This document shows positions 1 through 10,691 of a DNA stretch of 64,000 bases, in pieces (positions within the stretch are counted from its first letter, which is position 1; the number at the start of each line of letters is the position of its first letter). A program made the position numbers and the translations under genes. This DNA comes from Candidatus Marinacidobacterales bacterium (GTDB taxonomy: Bacteria > Acidobacteriota > Vicinamibacteria > Marinacidobacterales > DATDRI01), in assembly GCA_965219415.1 (NCBI GenBank), contig OZ244742.1:1216001-1280000 (forward strand). The letters run 5' to 3'. The notes beneath the pieces were generated by a model, which saw only the letters and a list, made by a program, of their open reading frames with translations, did no database searches and was not told the DNA's origin.

Positions 1-556
1 CTTGTCCCAAACGCTCCAGGAAGGAAGCGTAGCATCTTTGTAACTCCGGCTGCTTCGGATCGATGGTCACCACCTTCTCGTAGGCCTCGCGAGCCAACCG
101 CTGCGCCTCGGGCTCTCGACTCTTTCGGCGACGACGCTTGGTCGGCACGCGACGGGCATAGAGATCGCCGATGCCCATCGCGGCGTCGGCGTATCGGGGG
201 TTCAACGTGAGCGCGGTATTGAAAGCAGCCAGACTCTGCGCTTCCTCGGAACTCAAATCGGAAGTCGGATCGACAGTCGCGGCGCTGGCAGCGGCAAGGC
301 CGAGGTAGCAGCGCCCCACGTAGTAGAACGCGTCGGCGTTGCCGGGCTCGGTGAGGGTGACGGTTTGGAGTTGATCGGCGGCAGCTTGAAGCTGCCCAGA
401 TTCGTAGAGATCGATCGCGCCCTGAAACTCAGGCGATCTTTGATTGCCCGCATCTGCCCCGCCGCCCCCGAGGATCTGCTCGCGAAGCGCCTCGATCTGA
501 TCGCAGGCGGACACCAATCCCAGCACCAAAAGCCATGGAGCGACCATCCGTCGCAT
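1..556 (-). CDS. TPR-repeat lipoprotein (partial, runs off window)
   Basis: Manual translation from ATG at 556: MRRMVAPWLLVLGLVSAC (lipobox-like), then TPR-like helices (AIDLYESGQLQAAA, PGNADAFYYVGRCY); open to window edge. Confidence 0.7.
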   Translation of the reverse strand, partial: MRRMVAPWLLVLGLVSACDQIEALREQILGGGGADAGNQRSPEFQGAIDLYESGQLQAAADQLQTVTLTEPGNADAFYYVGRCYLGLAAASAATVDPTSDLSSEEAQSLAAFNTALTLNPRYADAAMGIGDLYARRVPTKRRRRKSREPEAQRLAREAYEKVVTIDPKQPELQRCYASFLERLGQ

Positions 557-640
557 ATGCTTCTACAGTAACCCCGATGCGACATAAAACGAAGCAAGCA
601 CATCGACTCGCACCGAGGCTAACCGACACTCCGGCAAGGA

Positions 641-1954
641 CTATGGCGATGAATGCCCCGTCTCCGACATGCGAATCCGCTCGAGACTTGCGATCGCCCG
701 ATTCACCCAATCCGCCACCCGCGGGTCGGGATCGGTGAGAAGTGGTCTTAGGTAAGGGATGGCGTCTGGATCGCCGACTTCTTCTAACGCCAACGCCATG
801 CCTCTTCTGACATCGGCAACGGGATCGGATAAGTAGGGAACGAGCTCCGTCAAGAAGGGGCTTCCGAGCTCCACCAAATAGCCGACCGATTGCTCGCGCA
901 GAAACTGATCCGCGAGGGACAAAGCGATCCGATCGATGAACTCCGGTCTACCCACTAGTACCAAGGCAAAACAGTAAGCGGACTGGACTGATGGCTCCGG
1001 CTCCCGCAGGAAATCCTTCGTCAGACTGCCGGCTAGATTCTCATTGCGAAGTCTGCCCATGCCCTCCACCGCCCAACGCCTTCGCAACGGATCGGAGCTC
1101 GTCATGTTCTGGAGAAAGACTGCGCGTGCCTCGGGTGCCCCCATCCGGGCCAACGCGGTGAGGGCGCGGTCGCCCATTTCCCGTCCCTGCTCCGCCTCGT
1201 AAATAGAGAGGAGCGGTGGCGCCGCCGGCTTGTACCCGATTTCGCCTAGCGCGTCGATGGCCTCGCCCTGCATCTTTCGCGAGGGCTCCATGAGTACAGT
1301 CACTAGTTGCGAGCCCGCCTCGTGGGTGCCGATGTGGGTCAGGGCCCTCAACGCCTCCAGGCGCACATCCTTCGAGGGATCCGCCAGAGCCATCCCTAAA
1401 TTGTCTACAGCTTCATCGATGCTCAGGAGACCGATTGCCCACGCCGCTTGCCGACGAATCGAAGACTCCTCGTCGCTAAGCCTCGCTTCCAGACCGAGCA
1501 CCACCCTCTCTTCCACGGGGATAACCGGCTCCGCGGGCGGACGCGGTGCCCGCTCACCAAAGGCCCCGAGAAAGCGCTCCATGGGGCGCCGGTCGTCGGG
1601 ATCCACGAAGACCTCGACGACGCCGAGGAGCGACTCCGTACGAACGCTCTTGTCCTCGTCGCGCAGCCCCAGCAAGAGACCGTCGAGCGTCATGGGGTTT
1701 CGATAGACGCGGAGCGACTTCGCCACTTCCCTGCGGACCTTCACTTCGGGGTCGCGCATCGCGTCGTTGAGTGGAGCGATCGCCTCCGGCCGGGCGGAAC
1801 GGCCGAGGGCCTTAGCCCCCTTCGCCCGCGTGCCAGTGTTGGGGCTCCGAAGGTTCGCGAGCTCGTCCTGGAAGCCGCCCTGGAGGGCGAGGGACTCGCT
1901 CGCTCCCACCGCGACGAAAACCATGAGGAGTAAAACCCGAAAAAGACGCGTCAT
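641..1954 (-). CDS. HEAT-repeat protein with signal peptide
   Basis: Repeated LxDxxxxVRxxAxxALG motifs; hydrophobic N-terminus. Confidence 0.85.
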   Translation of the reverse strand: MTRLFRVLLLMVFVAVGASESLALQGGFQDELANLRSPNTGTRAKGAKALGRSARPEAIAPLNDAMRDPEVKVRREVAKSLRVYRNPMTLDGLLLGLRDEDKSVRTESLLGVVEVFVDPDDRRPMERFLGAFGERAPRPPAEPVIPVEERVVLGLEARLSDEESSIRRQAAWAIGLLSIDEAVDNLGMALADPSKDVRLEALRALTHIGTHEAGSQLVTVLMEPSRKMQGEAIDALGEIGYKPAAPPLLSIYEAEQGREMGDRALTALARMGAPEARAVFLQNMTSSDPLRRRWAVEGMGRLRNENLAGSLTKDFLREPEPSVQSAYCFALVLVGRPEFIDRIALSLADQFLREQSVGYLVELGSPFLTELVPYLSDPVADVRRGMALALEEVGDPDAIPYLRPLLTDPDPRVADWVNRAIASLERIRMSETGHSSP

Positions 1955-2116
1955 CGCTCTAGTCTCCCTGGGGAAATTCAGCTTATTTTCAAGGAAATCA
2001 CAACGGGTGGTATGTTATCAGATCGGCCACCCCAGGATCTAGTGGTTTCGAACAAACAGGGACACGATGAAGAATGACGCGACGTGATGGGGATGGTAAG
2101 GAGGTGAGCTACTCGT

Positions 2117-3778
2117 CTATTCGGGGGAGCCGCCCTCGTCCTGAGCCGTTCCTCGAGCGACGTAGCCCTTCGGGTCTCGGAGGAGCTCGGCGGCATCGGG
2201 CAATGCCTCGATGGCTCTGCGGACCTGAGGGTCCTTCTTGACGTAGAGACGCTGGGCCACTTCCAGTCCCCAAATGGAAGAGAAGATCTCGCCTTCGATC
2301 GCGAGCCCTAAACGATCGCTGTGCTCCTCAAGCTCCTCCCTGGAGAACGGAATCTCTTCTTCCTCAAGGAACTTGAAGAAATCCTCGAGCAGCTCATCGT
2401 CCACCTCGAAGCCCTTGTCGATGAGACGGATATCCTCGGGGCGCTTCGTTCGGATTTCTTCAGGCTGCACGCCGGCCCCCTGGAGATCCGGGGTCCGGCC
2501 GTCCTTGGACGCGAAGTACGCCGAATAGGCCGAGATGGCCCGGTGACTCGCGAGAGCCAAGATGGGCTTGGGAGCCTGAGGGTAAGCAGCGTGGATGTCA
2601 GGGGCGATACCGCCGCCACTAAAGACTTCGCGTCCGGCATCGGTGTGCTTTAGCTCGCCCTTAGGTGGAGGCGGCTCTTGCCGACGTGCCGAAGAATAGT
2701 AGTCATCGAAGGAACCGGAGTAGTCGCGTTGAATACTGCGCCCACTGGGAGTGAAGTATTTGGCGGTGGTCAAGGCCAGGCCGTTGCCTTCGCTGATCCG
2801 GTAGATCGACTGTACCAAGCCCTTGCCAAATGTGTTCTCTCCGACGATGAGTCCTCGATCGTGATCTTGAATCGCTCCCGCAACGATCTCGGACGCCGAC
2901 GCGCTTCCCCGCGAGACCAGTACCACAACCGGCAAATCGTCATGGGGGCTCGGTCGGTTGGCAACATAGTCCTGGTCGGAACCGGGGGTGCGACCCCGCG
3001 TGTAGACGATGAGCGAGCCCTTCTTCAAAAACTTGTTGGACACAGAGACGGCTTGGTCGAGCAAACCGCCGGGATTGTCTCTGAGGTCCAAGACCAGCCC
3101 AGTGAGCTCTTGCTGCTTGAGGCGCTGCAGGCTCTCCTCGAGCTCCGAGTCCGTGGTCTCGGTGAAATCAGCGATGCGGAGGTAGCCGACTCCGTCGTCC
3201 AAGTTGAACGAGTAAGGGACGCTCCGAAGTCGGATCTCGTCCCGCACGATGGTGAAATCGAGAGGTCGGTCGTAGCCGGCGCGGGTGATGGAGATCGTCA
3301 CCTTGCTGCCTTTCGGCCCCCGGAGACGCTTGACCGCTTCGTCGAGCGCCATGCCGCGGGTCTCCTCACCCTCGATCTTAGAGATGATATCTTCGGCGCG
3401 GATACCGAGCCGGTACGCGGGAGTGCCTTCGAAAGGCGATACGACGGTTAGACTCCCGTCGATCATCTGAACCGAAATGCCAAGGCCGTGGTAGCTACCC
3501 TTTTGTCGCTCTTGAAGGCTAATGTAGTCACGTCGTTCTAGGAAGTTCGAGTGGGGATCCAGAGTCCGCAGCATGCCGCGGATGGAAGCGTGAACGAGCC
3601 GTGAAGCCTCTACCTCGGTGACGTATTCTTTCTCCACGATACGCAGTACGTCGGTGTACCGTCTCAGGTACTCTTGGTAGCGGTTGAAGCTATCCTGGGC
3701 TTGCTCTCCGAAGAGCCCACCCACGAGGGCGCCCGACACCACCAGGGTGAATATCATCGCCAGAGCGGGCCTTTTCAT
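2117..3778 (-). CDS. ctpA: S41 family C-terminal processing protease (PDZ)
   Basis: LDPHS, GLGI PDZ motif, DLRDNPGG, SASASEIVAGA, TFGKG motifs. Confidence 0.93.
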   Translation of the reverse strand: MKRPALAMIFTLVVSGALVGGLFGEQAQDSFNRYQEYLRRYTDVLRIVEKEYVTEVEASRLVHASIRGMLRTLDPHSNFLERRDYISLQERQKGSYHGLGISVQMIDGSLTVVSPFEGTPAYRLGIRAEDIISKIEGEETRGMALDEAVKRLRGPKGSKVTISITRAGYDRPLDFTIVRDEIRLRSVPYSFNLDDGVGYLRIADFTETTDSELEESLQRLKQQELTGLVLDLRDNPGGLLDQAVSVSNKFLKKGSLIVYTRGRTPGSDQDYVANRPSPHDDLPVVVLVSRGSASASEIVAGAIQDHDRGLIVGENTFGKGLVQSIYRISEGNGLALTTAKYFTPSGRSIQRDYSGSFDDYYSSARRQEPPPPKGELKHTDAGREVFSGGGIAPDIHAAYPQAPKPILALASHRAISAYSAYFASKDGRTPDLQGAGVQPEEIRTKRPEDIRLIDKGFEVDDELLEDFFKFLEEEEIPFSREELEEHSDRLGLAIEGEIFSSIWGLEVAQRLYVKKDPQVRRAIEALPDAAELLRDPKGYVARGTAQDEGGSPE

Positions 3779-4140
3779 TGTGTCACTTCTCTCTTACGAG
3801 GGCGCCACAGATCTCGCAACCGGATCAAGATCCGTGCCGACGGTCTTGTGGGTTCAAACCATCGTAGCAAAGGGACCCAGTCAAGTAAAGGCAAATACAG
3901 ACAGAAAAGGGGTTGTGGGGCTTGGTTTTTCGTCGGCCCACGATTTATAATGGCTCCCTGGCCCAATCAGGGGGCCACCCAAATTAGGCGGTTGCCGCGG
4001 TTGCTAATGACCCGACCTAGTCAGGGGGCGGTATTGGCACTCCCCCATTTTGGGGGGCGTCACTGCCGGTTTGTGGCAACGCCATGTTCAGGGTAGCCCC
4101 CTCTGCGCGGTGCCTCACCGGAGGGCTTTAGGAGAACAGC

Positions 4141-4425
4141 ATGTTCGGTCCGATCGGGATGCCCGAGCTCATCGTCATTTTCGTCATCGCCCTCATCGTG
4201 TTTGGCCCTCGCAAACTACCCGATCTCGGAAAGTCTCTCGGCAAGAGCCTCGCGGAGTTCAAGCGTGCCAGCAACGACCTCCGCAGTACGCTCGAAGAAG
4301 AGATCCGGATCGAGGAAACGACGCCGAAAACCGCCAAGCCAACTGCCGCGACGGCCAAGAAGGACGATTCCCCACGTTCCAACGAGGGGCCTTCGGAAGC
4401 TCCCAAGCCGGAGCAGCCGGATTAG
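4141..4425 (+). CDS. tatA: Twin-arginine translocase TatA/E subunit
   Basis: GMPELIVIFVIALIVFGPRKLPDLGKSLGKSLAEFK; adjacent tatC. Confidence 0.93.
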   Translation: MFGPIGMPELIVIFVIALIVFGPRKLPDLGKSLGKSLAEFKRASNDLRSTLEEEIRIEETTPKTAKPTAATAKKDDSPRSNEGPSEAPKPEQPD

Positions 4426-4476
4426 ATTCGGCCCAGCTAAGACTCAGTAACAAACCACGATAGGCAATAACTACCA

Positions 4477-5253
4477 ATGTCGGAGCCCCGGTCTTCGCCC
4501 GCCAAAATGACCTTCCTCGAGCACCTCGACGAGCTACGCCGGCGTATCCTTATCTCGCTCCTTGCGGTCGTCGTCGCGTTCGCCCTGTGCTTCACGTTTG
4601 CACAGCAGATATTCGACTTCCTAATGGGCCCCCTGCGCTCGGCCCTTCCCCCGGGCGGAAAGCTCATTGCTACCGCTGTACCCGAGATCTTTCTCCTCTA
4701 CCTGAAAATGTCCTTCTTCGCGGGGATCTTCCTCGCCTCGCCGGTGATTTTGAGCCAGGTGTGGTTATTCGTGGCTCCGGGCCTCTATCGTAACGAGAAG
4801 CGGTACGCGGTGCCTTTCATCTTCCTGGGCACGGGTTTCTTCCTGGGAGGAGCGTCCTTCGGACATTTTGTCGTCTTCCCCTTCGCCACCCAATTCCTCA
4901 CCACGTTCGGCGAAGGCATCGAACCCCTTCTCACGGTCTCGCGGGTGTTCTCCTTCTACAGCAGTTTCATCCTGGGGATGGCGGTGAGCTTCCAGATACC
5001 GACCGTAGTGTTTGTCTTGGCGAGGATGGGCCTGGTGACGCCGGGGTTCCTTTGGGCCAAATTCAAGTACGCCGTACTGCTCATTTTCGTGACCGCCGCC
5101 ATCATTACTCCCACTCCGGACGTGCCGACCCAATGCCTGCTAGCCTTGCCGATGATCGGGCTCTACATACTATCTATAGGTATTGCTTGGCTTTGTGGGC
5201 GAGAGAGAGAAAATCCAGAGGAGTCCGCAACGGATCTAACCCGGCCCGATTGA
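4477..5253 (+). CDS. tatC: Twin-arginine translocase TatC
   Basis: MTFLEHLDELRRR, APGLYxxEK, AAIITPTPD motifs. Confidence 0.96.
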   Translation: MSEPRSSPAKMTFLEHLDELRRRILISLLAVVVAFALCFTFAQQIFDFLMGPLRSALPPGGKLIATAVPEIFLLYLKMSFFAGIFLASPVILSQVWLFVAPGLYRNEKRYAVPFIFLGTGFFLGGASFGHFVVFPFATQFLTTFGEGIEPLLTVSRVFSFYSSFILGMAVSFQIPTVVFVLARMGLVTPGFLWAKFKYAVLLIFVTAAIITPTPDVPTQCLLALPMIGLYILSIGIAWLCGRERENPEESATDLTRPD

Positions 5254-5475
5254 CGCCCCGTTTGCGCGCCAATCGGCGTTTCCCTGTACCTCATTGACTC
5301 CCGCGACCGTTTGACTGTATATTTGCTCGGTTATTTGCTATGGCGTGCCCTCGTCAAAAATGGGTTTTCCGAGGGTGCTCCGCTGGCATTCAGTCCACGA
5401 GCGACACGAAACTAGTAGGGGGGCAGCGCCGAGCCACCCGACACCACCGGACGCAGACAAAAGGAGGTACCGCTG

Positions 5476-7089
5476 ATGAACCGCTCAGAGCGCACGCTAG
5501 CCATCGCCGTGGCGTTTCTCATCGGGACAGTGAGCTTGGCACCTGGCCAAGACGCAGATCAAGATGACGACAAGCAACAAGAAGGCGGGTATTATGAAAC
5601 CGTTCCCGCCCAGGCAACCCGTTGGGGTGATACCGGTTTTTTTGACGTCTTTTCCGCCTACACGCTACTCAAAGGCAAGGTTTCGGTAGCCGGCTTTCGC
5701 GACAATATCGATCGCAGCCCTTTTAGCTTGGATGTTTCGAATCTCGCCGGGACCGTCGCCTTTGGTGCCACCGACAAGCTCGAGATCTTCGGGCGCCTCG
5801 AGGTTCAAAAGCGGATACGCGCCGAAACCATCGGCGATGCATTAATCGCTGTCTTCCCACCCCCGCACTACAACGACGAGCCGCGAGTGGACGACAGGTG
5901 GTCCTCGGGCTTCGGGGATGTCTGGTTCGGTGGCAAGTACAACATCATGTCCGAGTACGACGACGCTAGCGTCGGTCTCGGCGTTCGCGGATTCGTCAAG
6001 ATCGCCAGCGCCGACAGCGATGCAGGGCTTGGGACGGGTAAGGCTTCGGGAGGCGCTCACGTCGTACTCTCCAAGAACCTCGGCGAGATGGTCGCGTCGT
6101 CCTATTACGCGGGCTTTCAGTTGAACGGCTCACCGCCGGACGGCGAGATCTTCGACATTGGAAACGCTTTTCAGTGGGGCGTCGGTATCAGCCTCCCCCG
6201 CGACAGCGCGATTCGTGGCACGGTCGAACTGACCGGTCAGTCGTTCACCGGCACCGACTTCGACCAAACCGATCCGGTCGACCTCCTGCTTGGCGTGACG
6301 TTCAAGGCCGCAGAGGGCATGTTCGTGACCGCTGGGTGGCGCACCAACCTCAACCTCGGCATCTCTGGTGAGACCGCTTCCGGATTCAACGTTGCGATCG
6401 GCTATCACCCTGGAACCCGGGGCCAATTCATTGCACCTCCGCCGCCGCCCGACAACAGGCCTCCGACGGTTCAAGTCACGGCCAATCCGCCCGAGGTCGA
6501 AGAAGGAAACGATTCGACCGTCACCGCGGACGGCGACGACCCGGATGGAGATCCGTTGACGTACAGCTGGCGCGCGCCAGATGGTCGCATCACTGGCAGT
6601 GGCCCACGGGTCACCTGGACCGCCCCCACCGGTACCGAGGGCAGCTTCCCGGTCACGGCAACGGTGGATGACGGCCGTGGTGGAACCGCCTCCGACACCG
6701 TGAACATCCGCGTGCATCGTAAGGTCGTGAAAGCGATCGAGTTCGAGGACGTACACTTCCTCTTCGACCAACACGATCTGACCGACGAGGCGAGAAAGAT
6801 TCTCGATCAGGTCGCCGCGCAGCTGAAGGACAACCCGAACCTCAAGATCGAGGTCGAAGGACACTGCTGCAGTATCGCGACCGAGGAGTACAACCTATCG
6901 CTGGGTGCTCGGAGAGCCGATACGGTGAAGACCTACCTAATGCGTGCCGGAATCAGCGAATCGCGACTCAGCACCATCAGTTACGGCGAGTCCCGGCCCG
7001 CCTATGACAACTCGCGCGAGGTGACTCGCCGGCTGAATCGGCGCGCCCACTTGCGAGTGTTGATCACCGCGCCGAACGACGACGAATAG
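5476..7089 (+). CDS. OmpA-family outer membrane protein (beta-barrel, PKD/Ig-like domain, OmpA C-terminal domain)
   Basis: Signal peptide; poly-Pro linker; DPDGDPLTYSW...VDDGRGG; YNLSLGARRA and ISYGESRP, NRR OmpA motifs. Confidence 0.88.
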   Translation: MNRSERTLAIAVAFLIGTVSLAPGQDADQDDDKQQEGGYYETVPAQATRWGDTGFFDVFSAYTLLKGKVSVAGFRDNIDRSPFSLDVSNLAGTVAFGATDKLEIFGRLEVQKRIRAETIGDALIAVFPPPHYNDEPRVDDRWSSGFGDVWFGGKYNIMSEYDDASVGLGVRGFVKIASADSDAGLGTGKASGGAHVVLSKNLGEMVASSYYAGFQLNGSPPDGEIFDIGNAFQWGVGISLPRDSAIRGTVELTGQSFTGTDFDQTDPVDLLLGVTFKAAEGMFVTAGWRTNLNLGISGETASGFNVAIGYHPGTRGQFIAPPPPPDNRPPTVQVTANPPEVEEGNDSTVTADGDDPDGDPLTYSWRAPDGRITGSGPRVTWTAPTGTEGSFPVTATVDDGRGGTASDTVNIRVHRKVVKAIEFEDVHFLFDQHDLTDEARKILDQVAAQLKDNPNLKIEVEGHCCSIATEEYNLSLGARRADTVKTYLMRAGISESRLSTISYGESRPAYDNSREVTRRLNRRAHLRVLITAPNDDE

Positions 7090-7105
7090 TAAGTCGTAGA
7101 AACCG

Positions 7106-7144
7106 AAAAGCCCGGGTTGGCCGATGGCCGCCCGGGCTTTTTTG
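7106..7144 (+). terminator. Intrinsic terminator, probably bidirectional
   Basis: AAAAGCCCGGG...CCCGGGCTTTTTT hairpin just after the OmpA stop, between convergent genes. Confidence 0.85.
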
Positions 7145-7152
7145 TGCCCTCG

Positions 7153-7213
7153 AGTAATCAGTCATCAGTCCCCGTCAAATGTACCGACCACTGCTTACTG
7201 ATGACTGATTACT
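7153..7213. repeat. Perfect 17-bp inverted repeat with 27-bp spacer
   Basis: AGTAATCAGTCATCAGT (7153-7169) / ACTGATGACTGATTACT (7197-7213). Confidence 0.85.
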
Positions 7214-7215
7214 AG

Positions 7216-7698
7216 TCAGGGGATCTCGAACTGCAACGTATCCCCGAGTTGAAGTTTCTCGTCTTTTGAGAAATTCGCAACGAGCTCGACAACGTACTTC
7301 GCCTTACGCATCGGCCCATAGCTCGGGCACGGATCTTCCTTACATGGAGGTACCACTCTCTCGACGTGTACGATCTTCTTTTCGGGGGATAACCAGATGA
7401 TATCGATAGGGAATCGGCAGTTCTTCATCCAGAAGGCATGGAAATCCGACTGCGGAAACACAAAGAGCATCCCCCGATCGGGGTCCAAGCTGTCTCGAAA
7501 CATCAACCCGCGCGCTCGCTGCTCCGCGGTGACGGCTAGCTCCGCCTGAACCTGACGACCGGCGGGAAAGCCGAGCGCGGTCTCCTCGAGCTTTTCTTGA
7601 GCAAGCAATCCGTGAAGACTCAGCAGGCTGGTCACCAATGCGACTGTCCCGAGACTGCCAAGACTGCCAAGACTGCCAAAACTGAACGACACGTTCAT
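7216..7698 (-). CDS. DUF192 family protein
   Basis: RARGLMFR, GMLFVF, FWMKN, PIDIIW, YVVEL motifs; start set at ATG 7698. Confidence 0.88.
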   Translation of the reverse strand: MNVSFSFGSLGSLGSLGTVALVTSLLSLHGLLAQEKLEETALGFPAGRQVQAELAVTAEQRARGLMFRDSLDPDRGMLFVFPQSDFHAFWMKNCRFPIDIIWLSPEKKIVHVERVVPPCKEDPCPSYGPMRKAKYVVELVANFSKDEKLQLGDTLQFEIP

Positions 7699-7708
7699 GT
7701 CTACCACT

Positions 7709-8467
7709 CTATGTCGAATCACCGACCAATGGAACGAAACGTACCGAGGCAATCCGCTCGACTCGAACGCCATCGGCCTCCTTGGTATGCACTTCGAGCT
7801 CCTGGCTCGAGATACCGACCGGGATGACGAGCCGCCCCCCTTCGCCGAGCTGTTCGATGAGCTTGGGCGGCACTCGAGGGGGCGCGGCCGTTACGAGAAT
7901 ACCATCATAGGGGGCGTGTTCTACCCAACCGCGATTGCCGTCGCCGACGCGGATACGAACATTGCGGTAACCGAGCTCGGTCACAATCGCCCCCGCCCGG
8001 TCGGCTAGATTGGGCAGGAATTCTATCGAATACACCTCCTCCGCAAGCTCTGCCAGGATCGCAGTCTGATAGCCAGAGCCAGTGCCCACTTCTAAAACGG
8101 TCTCTCCTCCCTCGAGCCGCAATGCCTCGGTCATTAGAGCAACGATGTACGGCTGGGAGATGGTCTGGCCTTGGCCGACCGGAAGAGGGTGATCGCCATA
8201 GGCGGTGGAACGTTGCGATTCGTTGACGAAACGATGGCGCTCGACCTTGCGCACGGCGGCCAAGACGCGAGGGTCTCGAACGCCTCGGCGAACCACCTGG
8301 TGCAGAACCATGCGTTCCCGCTCGGCCTCGAAGCTCGGGTCCTCGGGCGGGCCCCCGTTCCCTTTGAATAGCGCTAGACCCAGACCGAACGCCCCGTAGG
8401 CCCAGCCCGACAGCAGCGCTAATAGGCCTTGGCAAAATAGACGCGACGCGCTCCCTCCTTGTTGCAC
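7709..8467 (-). CDS. pcm: Protein-L-isoaspartate O-methyltransferase (true start probably downstream of 8418)
   Basis: GQTISQPYIVA, VLEVGTGSGYQTA, APYDGILVTAA, VRFVPL. Confidence 0.93.
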   Translation of the reverse strand: MQQGGSASRLFCQGLLALLSGWAYGAFGLGLALFKGNGGPPEDPSFEAERERMVLHQVVRRGVRDPRVLAAVRKVERHRFVNESQRSTAYGDHPLPVGQGQTISQPYIVALMTEALRLEGGETVLEVGTGSGYQTAILAELAEEVYSIEFLPNLADRAGAIVTELGYRNVRIRVGDGNRGWVEHAPYDGILVTAAPPRVPPKLIEQLGEGGRLVIPVGISSQELEVHTKEADGVRVERIASVRFVPLVGDST

Positions 8468-9873
8468 ACCGTGCAGTTTGCATCCGGGCTACTGTCGACC
8501 GGAATCGCTCGAATGGTTGCGGTAGTGTCCGCTTTGACCTGGTCCTCACACTCGGTGCTTCCGCACCACGGCGCAATAATGAAACCGCGGCGATCGTTCA
8601 TAACGTTCTTGAACTCCTCATAGTCAGATACTTCCGTCGTGTGATCGACCAAAAACTCTTTGGCCTTATTGAAGAGATCTCTTTGGATCTGTTCGAGAAG
8701 AGTCGGCACCTCTTCAGTGATGGAGCTCCACAAAATGGGGGCCTTGGTTCGATTGTCGCGGCGAGCGGAGAACACCTGAGATTTTTTGATGTCCTTCGGT
8801 CCGATCTCCAACCGGAGCGGTACGCCTCGCATCTCCCACTCCGCGTACTTCCAGCCCGGTGTGTACTCCTCACGATCGTCGAGCTTCACACGGACGCCCG
8901 CGGCGGAAAGCTTATCGGTGATCTCACGTGCTTGAGGCAAAATCGTCTCTTTCCAGTCGCCCACCGGGATCGGAATCACCACCGCCTGAATCGGAGCCAC
9001 CCGCGGCGGCAAAATGAGGCCGGAGTCGTCGCCATGCACCATGATCAACGCGCCAATCAAGCGTGTGGTCACGCCCCACGAGGTCTGGTGTGGATGTTTG
9101 AGCTTTTGATCCTTGTCCTCGAACTGAATGCCGAAGGCACGAGCGAAGTGCTGTCCGAGATTGTGTGAGGTGCCAGCTTGGAGGGCACGGCCGTCGGACA
9201 TCAAGGCCTCCAACGTATAGGTACGGAGCGCCCCTGCGAATTTCTCCTGCTCGGACTTCACACCGGTGATCACCGGAATGGCGAGCTCGTTTTCCACGAG
9301 ATCGGTGTAGATCCCGAGCGCCAAGAGTGTCTCCTCTTCCGCTTCTTCGGCCGTGGCGTGGACGGTGTGCCCTTCTTGCCACAAAAACTCCACGGTGCGC
9401 AGGAAAGGGCGAGTTACCTTTTCCCACCTCACGACGTTAGCCCATTGATTGATGAGAATGGGCAGGTCTCTCCAAGAGTGCACCCACTTGGCGTACATGC
9501 TCCCAATGATGGCCTCCGACGTGGGTCGAACCGCGAGCGGCTCCTCGAGCTCTTCTTCTCCCCCGTGGGTAACCCAGGCCACTTGCGGGGCAAAACCTTC
9601 CACATGCTCGGCTTCCTTCTCCAGCAGGCTCTTTGGGATGAAGAGCGGAAAATACGCGTTCTGGTGGCCGCTCTCCTTGAGGCGCCGATCCAAAGCGTCG
9701 CGGGTGAGCTCCCAAACAGCGTAGCCGTAAGGTGGGATCACGATGCAACCTCTCACCATTGAGTAGTCGGCCATCTCGGCCTTACGGATGACATCCAGGT
9801 ACCAACGAGAAAAGTCCTCCGATTTGGGTGTGATCTCTTTGACGAAAACTTGCTTGTCGGGTTTGTCGGGCAT
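8419..9873 (-). CDS. proS: Proline--tRNA ligase (archaeal/eukaryote-like type)
   Basis: AVRPTSE, FLWQEGHT, GTSHNLGQ, C-terminal FAKAY. Confidence 0.96.
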   Translation of the reverse strand: MPDKPDKQVFVKEITPKSEDFSRWYLDVIRKAEMADYSMVRGCIVIPPYGYAVWELTRDALDRRLKESGHQNAYFPLFIPKSLLEKEAEHVEGFAPQVAWVTHGGEEELEEPLAVRPTSEAIIGSMYAKWVHSWRDLPILINQWANVVRWEKVTRPFLRTVEFLWQEGHTVHATAEEAEEETLLALGIYTDLVENELAIPVITGVKSEQEKFAGALRTYTLEALMSDGRALQAGTSHNLGQHFARAFGIQFEDKDQKLKHPHQTSWGVTTRLIGALIMVHGDDSGLILPPRVAPIQAVVIPIPVGDWKETILPQAREITDKLSAAGVRVKLDDREEYTPGWKYAEWEMRGVPLRLEIGPKDIKKSQVFSARRDNRTKAPILWSSITEEVPTLLEQIQRDLFNKAKEFLVDHTTEVSDYEEFKNVMNDRRGFIIAPWCGSTECEDQVKADTTATIRAIPVDSSPDANCTVCNKEGARRVYFAKAY

Positions 9874-10088
9874 GCTTCCATCTTTCTCTGACTATCTCCA
9901 GTACTCGGATTCGAATTTGCGCCGCTCGCCGGAAAGTGTAGCACAACTGGAAGATCGGAACGTTAGAACTGAGATCGAGGGAGGTTTTGTTTCACGGATC
10001 TCGTCTAGAGCTGTGAGGGGTGAGTCCGCTGCCCCGGGGCGATCCCGGGACGCTCGGGCTTGCCCGGCTCTCAACGAAGGAGGTTCTA

Positions 10089-10610
10089 ATGAAGATGGTG
10101 TTCCTCATTTTGTTGCTCTGCCTGATACCCGTACTTTTGATGGCCTACGACCTCAATGAGGTCGCGAGAAAGGAAAGGGCGCGGCGACAGGAATTGGCTA
10201 TTTCGCGACGCGATGTGCAGATCCGGACCTTCAAGGATTCCGAACTCGAGGTCTACCATCGACTGCGAGGCGACTCCAAAAAGTCACCCCCGGAGTCAAG
10301 ATGGAAACGATCCAATCGACGCCCGCTAGCGCCGTCCCGGGATCTCGTCAAGGAACGGGCCCATTGGCAAAATGAAAAAACCAAACACGAACGGGAGCGG
10401 GCTCGCCTGAACGCCAGCATACGGCGGCTCGAGTGGCGCTTGGCGGAGCGCAAGGCGAAGAAGCGGCCGGGGGAGCGTCTCCGGAAGGACCCCACCGAGG
10501 AGGTACTCGAGGATTCGCTTCTGTCACTCCGCGAACAGCGAACGCGGTTCATCGACTCGTTTCACGAGAGGGCCCGCAAGGCGGGCGCGCTTCCCGGCTG
10601 GCTGAGATAG
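10089..10610 (+). CDS. Secreted coiled-coil hypothetical protein
   Basis: Signal peptide, LNEVARKERARR, C-terminal ARKAGALPGWLR; resembles 21499-22035. Confidence 0.65.
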   Translation: MKMVFLILLLCLIPVLLMAYDLNEVARKERARRQELAISRRDVQIRTFKDSELEVYHRLRGDSKKSPPESRWKRSNRRPLAPSRDLVKERAHWQNEKTKHERERARLNASIRRLEWRLAERKAKKRPGERLRKDPTEEVLEDSLLSLREQRTRFIDSFHERARKAGALPGWLR

Positions 10611-10691
10611 TCATCGGGTGTCTCCGCCATCACGCTGGCGCCGGTGCGTGCACTGGTCAGGGGGAGTCCGTTCCAGTATGATTTTTCTGCA

